Below are positions 27,401 to 38,500 of a DNA stretch of 64,000 nt, in pieces (the stretch's first letter is position 1; each line of letters begins with the position of its first letter). Below the pieces are notes generated by a model that saw only the letters and a list, made by a program, of their open reading frames with translations, was not told where the DNA came from and did not search any database. Position numbers and translations under genes: made by a program. Origin of the DNA: Tubiluchus corallicola (taxonomy: Eukaryota > Animalia > Priapulida); contig JAQGDQ010000046.1 of the NCBI GenBank assembly GCA_030141605.1, forward strand, positions 62,001-126,000. Reading direction: 5' to 3'.

Positions 27401-30400
27401 TTTTACTGCGAAGTTGGCCAAAAATGTTGTCGCTTTATTTCCTGTGGAAATGTTTGTTCACAGCCTATAGAAAATATTAATGAAAGAAGTGTATGTCAGT
27501 TTGAAAATAACATTTCAATATGTCAAAAAACTCAGCCATGTAATAATGATAGTTATTGTACATTTGCACAAAAATGCTGCTTAACTAAAGCTTGTGGAAA
27601 AGTTTGCTTGCCTGTTACACAGCCAGTCAAATTCGGAGTTTGTCCTTATTTTGACAAGTTTCATAACAAAAACTGTCCTAACCATTCATGTAACCATGAT
27701 ATAGAATGTTTAGCAGATAAAAAATGTTGCAAATTTCAAGGCTGTGGAAATGTTTGTTCTGATCCGGTACTTTCTGGAACAAAATCAGGGATTTGTCCTA
27801 ATGACTTTCTTGACTTGAAATGTCCTGAACAGACTTGCAAAAATGATATTGATTGCTTTGGTACTGCAAAATGTTGCAGAACAAAGTTTTGTGGTGCAGT
27901 CTGTCAAGAACCATTGGCAGTTGGTCTGCAAATATGTGACAACAATAATAAAACAGATGGCCATCTGCAATGCATCCATGGATATTTAGTTAATAATGAG
28001 ACACTTTGCCCAGTCGGAGAGTGCCCATTTTCCCCATGCCAAGGTGTTACATGCCCAGCAACTTATCAGTGCAAGTCAGTAGATGTAGGTTGTGGCACCA
28101 GTTTCTGTCCCAAACTGGCAACATGTTCGCGCATCAGTAAACCAGGAAAATGTTTACCAACAAGTAAATTTGATGGTTTAACATGTCAAGGTTTATCATG
28201 CAAAAGAGATGCTGACTGTCCTGAAGAAGAAAAGTGTTGTTATTTTAAAGCTTGTGGAAGAGTGTGTCACACTCCTACTTTAACTTCATGTGAAACTGAA
28301 CAAGCTAATTTCAAATTGCTGTTTTCTTATAATGTCACAACTGCTGACATCTCTCCGCAGTGCCTTGAAAATGGGAACTATAGGTCATTGCAAATTGACA
28401 CTGGTTTGGGATATTCCTGGTGTGTTTCTCAAGAAGGCTATCCTCTTCCTGGAACAAAGAAACAATCAATATTGGAATCCAGAAACTGCACAGAACTAAT
28501 GGTCAAGCCTGGAGTTTGCCATAGTAATCTATTTTTCAAAGATAGTAAATGCTCTAAGCAAAAATGCATTATGGACCATGATTGTGAAGGAATAGAGAAA
28601 TGTTGCACTTCTGCAGCATGTGGTAATGTCTGTGCCACTCCTATCCTATCTGTCAACAAACTGGGTTTGTGTCATGATCCTAAATATTTTAATAACAAGA
28701 AGTGTCCTTCTATGTCTTGTACTAATGACCATAACTGCATGTCAGATTTTAAATGCTGCCACTATGTTGCTTGTGGAAGAGTATGTTCTTCGCCATTGTT
28801 ACTTATGGATAAACCAGGATCATGTTATCATCCTAACACATTAAATGGAAAAGGTTGTCCACGTCTGTCATGTCATAAAGATGATGACTGTCCAGCAAAA
28901 GAAAAATGCTGCCCATTTGATGGATGTGGTAATGTATGTTTTACACCAAATTTAGAAGACAGCAAACAAGGTTTTTGTCCTAATCCTAGTACAATAACAA
29001 ATAGTAAATGTTCAAGTCAGCCATGTGAAACTGATACTGATTGCTTGGGTGATGAGAAATGTTGTCATTTTATGCTGTGTGGAAATATCTGTTCAGCTCC
29101 TGTGTTATCATTTAACAAACCAGGGCTTTGCAACAACTCCCTCATATTTGGCAGTAACAATTGTCCTTCTCAACAGTGTTACAATGATATTGAATGTCCT
29201 GGGGAGCAGAAGTGTTGTTATTCTGAAAATTGTGGAAGCATTTGCTCTACTCCCATTTTGTCGGTGATAAAATCTGGAAGTTGTCCCACTGAACCAGACA
29301 TCACAAACTGTCTTACTCAAAAATGTTCTGATGATATTGAATGCAAGGGAGAAAAGAAGTGTTGCAAGACTGAAGCTTGCGGAAATGTCTGCTCAGACCC
29401 TGTAGCAGCAAACATTCAAAAGTGCAAAATTAATGTAGAAAATTGCCAGAGGAAATGTGTGCATGGCTATGTGATGCATCATGAAACCCTTTGCCCCACT
29501 TGTTGGTGTAAGCCTTCTCCGTGTGAGAAAGTTAAATGTTCTGGTTTACGTACTTGTCAAACAATAGATATGGCTTGTGGCAGCATTTACTGTCCAAAGC
29601 TTGCAAAATGCAAGCATGGCCATGATTCTGACAAATTAGGTGTGTGTTACTCTGCCAATAAGATTATAGCTCCTGACTGCCCAGAAAAGGGTTGCATTAA
29701 TGATACCAGTTGTCCAGCAGAAGAAAAATGCTGCATGTCTAAAGCATGTGGTATGGTATGTTCAGTTCCATCACTAACTAACTGCCAAACTGAGCAGATA
29801 AATGTTGATCTACAGCTGTCAGGCAACAACTCTATGAAATGGTCTATAATATCAGGAAGACATAGACCTCAATGTTTGGAAAATGGACAATATCAATTGA
29901 AGCAATTTCATATTTCAAAAGGATATTCATGGTGTGTCACTACCAAAGGCCAGCCAATTTCAGGAACTAAGCAACCACATCATGCAAAACAAATTGACTG
30001 TGATATGAAAAGCCACAAAATAGGGATTTGTGATGATTTTAATAAATTTAAAGGCAAAAGGTGTCCAAGTCAACTGTGCAAGAAAGATAACGGATGCCCA
30101 GGAGAAGAAAAATGTTGCAGTTTTGAAGGTTGTGGCAAAGTGTGTTTTGCTCCAATATTATCTGCAAACAAACCAGGCCTTTGTCCAGAAGCAGGCTATT
30201 TTAATACAGACAGTTGTCCAACTAAAATATGTAGCAATGATATTTATTGTCCAGCAGAAGAGAAATGTTGTAGATTTGCTGCTTGTGGAAGCGTATGTAC
30301 AACTCCCATTTCAACGGTGAACAAGCCAGGAATATGTCTTTTTCGCCTCAAAATGAAAAAAGAAGAATGTCCCACATACTCTTGCAAAAATGACAATGAC

Positions 30401-32668
30401 TGCCCAACTTTTGAAAAATGTTGCCACTTTAAAGGATGTGGGAAAGTATGTTATGAACCACAGCTTAATGCAACGAAGCGTGGAACTTGTTATAATCCAA
30501 ACAAGCTTAAGAAGGATGCTTGTTCTCCATTAACCTCATGTGAAGCTGACAATGATTGTCCTGGAAATGAAAAATGCTGTTATTTTGAATCATGTGGGTA
30601 TGTTTGTTTTAAGCCCATAATGTCAGTGAACAATCCTGGCATTTGCTTTGATGCCCAAAAATTTGTAGGGAGAAAATGTCCTACCGTTATGTGTGCCAAT
30701 GACATAGACTGCACAAAACATGAAAAATGTTGCCATTTCCAGGGATGCGGGACTGTGTGTTTCAATGTTATTTCTGCAGGTCCAGAAGCGTTTAGTGAAA
30801 AACCAGGAATATGCATTGACACATTTCACAGCAATAACTGTCCCACTCAGAAGTGCAGCAGAGACAGCGATTGTGATGGAGCAGCGAAATGTTGCCAGTC
30901 TGCATCATGTGGTAACATCTGTTCCGTGCCATTGCTATCCAGTTATGAAATCTGTAGGCCTAATACAATTGCTTGTCAGAGGGAATGTCATTATGGGTAC
31001 CTTACACACGACAAAACTCTCTGCCCTACTTGCATTTGCAAAGCATCTCCATGTGAAGGCGTTAAATGCCCATATCTGCAGGAATGTGGAACTATCAATA
31101 TTGAGTGTGGCAGTACATCCTGCACAAAACTAGCAAAGTGTGCTTACCCTCATGGAAATAAACCTGGTAAGTGCCCCACTTCCTGGGAATCTGGTGCCAA
31201 AAGTTGTACAATTCCAGGTAAGTCGTGCAAAATAGATAGTGAATGCCCGGCAGAAGAGAAATGCTGCACACATAAAGATCGGATGGTATGTTTGACTCCA
31301 AAATTAACATCCTGTGAGATTGAACAAGCAAATATTAATCTTCAGCTGTCTCGCACTTTCCATATTTCAAAAGTTGACAATGTTCAATGCATGGATGATG
31401 GGCAGTATGAACCAATACAGTACCATAGCAGCAGTGGCTACTATTGGTGTGTGACAGAGAAAGGTGTTCCAATTCCAGGGACAAAATTATATTTTGAATC
31501 ACCACTTGCTGATTGTAACTCAGCCAGAGAAAATTCCAAAATTTGTATAAATCTGCACAAGCATAGTGACACTCAGTGTGCTAGTCTTAAATGTAGCAAA
31601 GACAGCGATTGTAGATCAGGACAAATGTGTTGCAGGTCGATATCTTGTGGTAGAGTCTGCTCAACTCCAATAAAAGTAGGCCTCCAACTTTGTGACCTTA
31701 ATATTACCGAATGTCAGCAAAAATGTAATAACGGCTATCTAATTAACAGTGAGACTCTTTGCCCTACATGTGAATGTAAGCCTTCTCCTTGTCAATATGT
31801 TGAGTGTAATGACACGCAGCAGTGCAAAACACTGGACTTGCCATGTGGTTCAACATCATGCCCAAAACTCGCAAAGTGTTGTGGAAAAAGCCAAGCACAG
31901 CTTATCAAACCAGGAATTTGTCCTAATTCAAGTACTTTTGAAACTTTTGAGTGCCCACGGCAGAAATGTAATTCCGATTCGATTTGTCCTGCAGAAGAAA
32001 AATGCTGTTTTTTTCTAGCATGTGGCAAAGTATGCGTAACACCCCGCCTAACAGCATGCCAGATTTTGCAAGCAAATTTCAAGCTACATCTTTCTAATGC
32101 TCACTTAAAAGCAACCGCTGTCTACCATCCACAATGTACTGACAGTGGTGACTATGAGCTTATACAATTCAACGGTACCACAGGTGATTCATGGTGTGTT
32201 ACTCCCGAAGGTCACAAAGTGGCAGGCACAAAACTGCCGCTTGAATCAGTGCGTGTGAGCTGTACTGCTTCACTGACATGTAAACCACACATAGAAGAAT
32301 GTCCACATGAATGTGACCATGGCTATAAAACAGATAACGAGACATTATGTCCTACATGCGACTGTAAATTGTCACCTTGTCATGAAATTGTATGCAATGG
32401 CTCACAGAAGTGTGCCTTATTAAATATAGACTGCAGTATGAAAGAATGCCCTTTACTTGCAAAATGTCAATCAACTACTGATGATGTAAATCTCGAAGAA
32501 TTAACAAATGGGATAGCCACACTTGGCACTGTTTGTGTAGGGATCGTTTTTGTTGCAGTGCTTCTGCTTGCATTTGGCTTAATTTATAGACAAAGAAATC
32601 GCCGAAGGAGAGACAGAAACAGAGATGAACATATTGTCTCACTTTATCAATCCGAAACAGGTTTGTGA
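18500..32668 (+). CDS. Giant (~4662 aa) cysteine-rich type I membrane protein: SP-EGF2-[WAP/thyroglobulin-1/antistasin-like/6-Cys module super-repeats]-TM-PDZ-binding tail
   Basis: Exon 1 is 18500-19207 (ATG MVPVILTSLFRNCFVLLLIDTVVA, signal-peptide-like; an upstream exon splicing to the AG at 18531 is an alternative start). A 180-bp phase-0 intron (CAG|gtatgc...ttgcag|GAA) is followed by exon 2, 19388-32668, which is open. Motifs: EGF (DECLSEPCLNGGTC), WAP (KPGxC...CxxDxDCPxxxKCC...CGxxC), thyroglobulin-1 (PQC...G.Y...Q...SWCV...G..IPGT), antistasin-like (CxxxCxxGY..D..TLCPxCxC). TM GIATLGTVCVGIVFVAVLLLAFGLIY, then RQRNRRRR, ending ETGL*. Confidence 0.93.
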
Positions 32669-35599
32669 TTTATGAAATTAGTGTCACACCCCTTTCTAAC
32701 GGAAAGTTATCACCCTGCAGTGGCTCTGAACTACATATTAATGATTATCTAATAGGTTGTTTTGGATAATAGGAACACTATGCCCGTTGCACTATAATTA
32801 ATAGAATATGCATACAATATCCAAGAAATTGGATAGTGGCTGCTTAGTAAAAAGTAGTAACTGCATCCAAAAGCTGACACACTTTGTAGGAAAATCATGT
32901 GACAAGCTGGTGTTAAAAAATGGTAATTTTAAAACAATTAGGGAGTTTCCTGAAGTAGATACTAGTGAATTCTTATTATGCAGAAAATGAATTATGAGGA
33001 AGAAGCTTATATTTGCAATTTTAGAATCTCAATCTCAACTGTTGTTACCAGTAAATGACTTTGTAAGGCATTTAAATGAATGTCTGTAAGTTCTGTATTG
33101 CTTTAGAAATGAAAGGCGTAATAATAATTAATACGCTTTACAGAATTCTCTTTTCCACAAATGCTCTGTTATACAGTCTGAGAGAATGCAAAACCCTACA
33201 GTGTTAATTTCATCAGAAATTTTCGGATTTAATCTTACAAAAAGTTGGAGGACGCATCTTAAATGCATAATCTTAGACAACTGCTCGAAAGACTGCATTT
33301 TTACCAGCATTTAGGAATACCATAGTATTGTCTTTCTATCTGCTCACAAACTTGAAATTACACATTGAAAACTTAAAATAAGTAATAACCAATTAAATGT
33401 GTGCAGTCGACATACTGGGATAGTTATTTGACTCTGTAGTTTGACAAAAGAAGTGCACAACGAGAAACTGCAGATTTCAAAAAAATGTGAATAAATTTTT
33501 CATGTTCGTCTAGCCTAATTAAGTTGCATCTGAAATATCTGGGTGCAACTATACTTCATTATGGAACTAACTGTGTCTTCCTTTATGAACATCATGATAA
33601 TTCTGATTCGTTTGAGTTGTACAAATTTAAAGCGTATTACATGTGATAATATCATTGAACTGAGTAACATTAAGAACTAAGGGAGTAATTTACCTTTATG
33701 TAATTGCAGCAGTCACGAAAACTGTTTCAAAATGAACTCAAACAGTAATCATGTAAAATATTATGGAAATACAATATTAGTATAGTGGTGAATAATCTTG
33801 CTTGATAATGTATTATCAGGTTGATGTTTTGCTGCTAGATATTATTGTATGTACCCTGCCGCTAAAAGTTCTGAAATGATCGCCACTGTCATTTTAATAG
33901 GTGGTGATCTAATTTGCCGGACATGGATGCCTAAGACAGCATATTTTGGAATCAGAGGAACAAGTGACTAAAAAACAATAAGCTTATTTATAAAAATTGA
34001 TGTACATATGCATTAATAACAGTCACTTGTGAATACTGCTGTAAATAAGTGTCTCACTGCTACTGCATGTTTAAGAATGGTATACTAAGATGCCTAACTT
34101 TAGGTTTGTCACTGTTGTGTTTCATTTGTTATCGATTCACTTATTATTATTATGCTTATCATGTGTTTCTAATCAGTCAGCTTTGATCAACTCATATCTT
34201 TGCGGGCTAAAGAAACCACAGATTAACCAAGTGAAACCAGTGTTTGTTGTCATGTTTGTATACATAGAAGCTTACTGTGAAATGTTAAACAAAGAATTAA
34301 TAACGGTAGTCAAGCAGATTTTTAAATTCTTCAGTAGTTTAATGTTGAAACTTTTGATGTATTTGATAATTTATTACTCATTGGTCAGCATACTGCATTG
34401 TTGTTAATGTGTTTCTGTAACTTGTAAAGTGAATTGTAAGTACTGCTTTGTTTTTTCCTGCATTCCTCAACAGCTATTTAATAAAACTGCATAAAGTATT
34501 GCTGATATAAGTCTCTAACTGTAACTGAAGCAACAATTGCCAGTAGCATAATAATCTTGCTTGCTTACTTTGTTTTTTCTTATTCGTGATTACCATTCTA
34601 AACTTACAAGTCTGTGGCGACCGAGGAACCAGGGTTGCTGAAATGTGGCAACCACTTTCGCTATCATCCTACTGCTGATTAATGAATAATAAAATATCAC
34701 AGATTTTTAAAAAATGGATGACTACTGAATTCAGTTTGTGTTGATTTGCCCTAGGATTTTTGCCAAAACATCAAAGAAAATTATGCAACTTATTTAACCT
34801 AAAATGGACGTGTTGTTATTTTGAAGGTAGCTCGAATCTTACATTTCAAGGTATTAAATGCTTATTTAAAACTGACAGAACCGCAAAAAGATGTAATAGA
34901 AATCCAGTAAAACCTTTGCTTTATCGGTACCGACTACAGATATCTTGCAAGTAATTTCACTTGTTAATTAGCACTGACAAAGTATTTAAAATATGACAGT
35001 AACACAGAAAAATGACTGCTTGTTTATCAAGCACAAAGTTTAAAATCTTTAAAACTCAGAAACTGAAAATGATGGGACAGTATTTATAAAATGCCAATTC
35101 AAAGACTGCCTTGCATACAGGAAATGAGACTTATAACACAAAAACATGTCAGAGTTGAAAAGTGATTAGTGCATTCACAACCAGAGACAAAATATGAAAA
35201 AGGATAAAAAAGCCAGTTAAGAATACTACAGAAAAGTTTTATTGTTAAAAAGTCGTATCCTGTATGGAACATGATACAAACCTGAAAAATGAGTATGAAG
35301 CAGAAGATGCAGTTGCTGATTGGACAAAATAGAATTCCCACATAATTTATCTAAGTGCTGAGCCACTAAAGCTGCAAGAAATCTACAAAAACATGTGAAA
35401 GTCATTTCCAATACTACCTTGTATACAATGCCCATTGTAACTTGTATACTGCAACTTTACACAAACGTGTAAAAGAGCAGCATACAAAGATGTTATAAAT
35501 AAAGGAAAAACTTCACAAATAGATAAAAACTTTCCACGTCAGTGTATCAAGATCGTCCTTTGATTCCTCTACTTGTCGTGTTGATGATTCCCAAGGCAA

Positions 35600-38500
35600 C
35601 TACTCTTCGATTAATTTTTCTTCTTCCTTAATAAAGAATTCAACAATTTCCTCCTCCAAATCTTCTACATTGCTCTCCAGAGTATCAGTATTCACACCTG
35701 CAAAAATAAAGGTACAACTTTATTTCAAAATGCAGAACTGCTATAAAATGCCACCTGGGAGAAAACTGTTTGATAAGGCAACTAAATGGCCATCTTCAGA
35801 GAACGATCAAGTAGAATACCAGTTGTCATAATAAGTTGCATACCAGTTGTCATAATAAGCATGTTTTGAAATTGGTAAAATAAAAAGCCGAAAATGTGTA
35901 CCTAATACACAGATCTGCAGACTAGATTAGAGTTAAGTTAATTCAAACAATCAACAAACTGATTACTTGAACAAGCAAGGACTGTTTAGAGTATAGTCAA
36001 CAGAATTGTTAGCATTATATCATAGCAAATCATCGAGAAAAATTGATGTATATCAATTTATCAACTACTGTTATAATTACTGAAACATAATCACCTCTGC
36101 GCATCTCTAAGCGCTTTTCAAAATTATTGTTAAAATTTTCTTCGGCTTTCTTCTTAAAGGCATTGAATTCCTTCATCAGAGCTTGACGTTTTTCAATCAA
36201 TTCCTGTGAAAGAAATTCAGTTTACTCAAAAAATTATCTGCTGTTCAGTACAATAAACTACTTAACAAAACATCTATTAAATATACAACTCTATTCGGTG
36301 CTTGCACGAATCCAGATTGAATACAGCAGCTTAGAGAAAAAAAGTTTACTACTACAAAATAAAACAGTTACCACCAAACAACAACAAATACAATACAGAC
36401 CTAGCAAAAATGTCTATTTTATTCATCGTACCTTTGATGCTTTAGACTGTGACATTTTATCTTTCAATTCAAACTGAGCCTGGTACTTCTTCAAATTCTT
36501 CTTAATATCCTTCGTCTGCTGAGTTTTAAGTAATGAAGGTGGACGTGGCCGCCATAACAACTGGCAGAATCGCTCTGGACTATGTCGTTGCAACAATTTG
36601 CCTTGAAAAGTCCAGATCCAATAAGCATTGTCCACCTAATGTGAAAACACAAAAAAAAAACAGATTTGGTTACTTACTTTAAAAAAGCAACAATAAAATT
36701 CTGTAAATACTATACACCAAATAAAAATATTTTACTGCCATTTCTTAAGTTCTACATATTCTGCTCTTTCACTCAAGTGTACACTGCAACACCATTTGAT
36801 TAAAAAAATTAAGTTACAGCAGAATCTAAACTAAATCTGGTATATTCAACTAAGAGAATGATTTGTACCTTATGGGTCCACCAGCTAACCATGGAAATAA
36901 CGTAGCGTCCAGTCGGATCCCATTCTACATCTGTAGCCATGTAATGTTCTGCTTGATTCATTATTGTCATGTCATGAGTGTCAACAAACTCAAGAACGCC
37001 ATTCATACTGCGGAGACCAGCAAGCACACAAAACTGTCCAGTGGGAGACCAAAACAGCTTGTTAGCAGCTCGCTTCTCAAAAGTTTCTGTAATCATGTCA
37101 AACAAATGCTTGCAGAAAATCAAATAATATAAAATAATGCATAAACTGTAATTTTACTATTACAGAAAAAACCAGTAAACATGAAAAACCCGTTGAACAA
37201 ATGTAAAAATGTTTTACATATTATGACTGAGGCACACAACTTTTCAGTTGTTACACTAATGTACTGGTTTCAAACACACGCAGGCAGTATTGTACATGAT
37301 AATGTTTAAATTTCTAGTTTGATGTAAATATCTTTCCTAAAAAAATCATGGTAAAAAATTATTAATCGAAATGTTTTTTTTCCAAAATCTTATACTACAT
37401 GGCACAAAAAATCATTGTAATTTGCAGGCAAGAAACGATATTGACTGTAATTTCAATTTTACTATCACACGTGAAGCAGTATTTGAAAGTGAAATTACAG
37501 TTTTTTTTATAAAACTTGAAAAAGGTGTGGAGTTCTCACTTTCAGCTAGGGCAAAGTAAATTTGGATTTCTTACTTCATGTTCTAAATAAAAGTCAACAG
37601 ATATTCAGGTATTATGCTTTTTGTGTGGCAAATAATTCAAGTCAAAAACTTGCAAATACCAATGTCCCATAATAACTTACTGTCTAGCGTAACTTTAGCA
37701 CCAGACTTGATGGCATAAAAGCTGACACTTATGCGCGGTGACTCTCCATGGATTATTCCAAATTTGTTTCCAACAGGTTCCCAGGCAAACTCAACAATGG
37801 GCTCTGAAATAAAATGCAAAAAACATATCCTGTAGCATCACTGACAAAGAAGTTCCAGAATTAAATTTACGTTAATACAATATTCACTTCTATCAATCTT
37901 AGAATAATTTATAGCTGTAAATGGCGGAACCAGCATGCGGAATCTGATGTGTGAAATAAAATTCATAGTTCATAGCATTATAAACTCTATGCTATCCAGT
38001 GCCGCTAAAGAAGCATAAGTAATGTTAGTCTAATAAAATTTTATGAAACAGGCTTCTGAACAGTTAATGGTTCACTAATTCAGAAATCCTCTCACTGTTA
38101 GTTTGCAAGCAAAGAATTATGTGAAATTTAACATTGAAGATAATTTCACATCACATGCTTACCCTTTTGCTCTACAACATCAACAGGAATTTGCTTCTCT
38201 CTGACGTGGAAGATCTCAAAATTGTAATAAAGACCCTACAACAAAAATGGCTTATTTGGAAAGCTCATGTTTGAAGATGACAGTAATTCTTTTCTGTTCT
38301 TATGGCACAACTAAAAAGCCTGAGAAAAAACTAACAAAATTTCCTATATTGTACTTAGTTGAGACTTAAAAACATAATTCTCGGCTACCCAGTATTAAAA
38401 TTCTTATAATAAGACATTCGATGGACAATTCTGTAAAACTTACAAAAACACACTTGCATTTACAAAAAATCGGCGTAACTGTATAATTTACACAAAAGAA

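Noticed and set aside
19794-32082. Many 60-150 aa alternative-frame and antisense ORFs within the giant exon
   Set aside because: Shadow ORFs of a Cys-codon-rich frame with no recognisable motifs.
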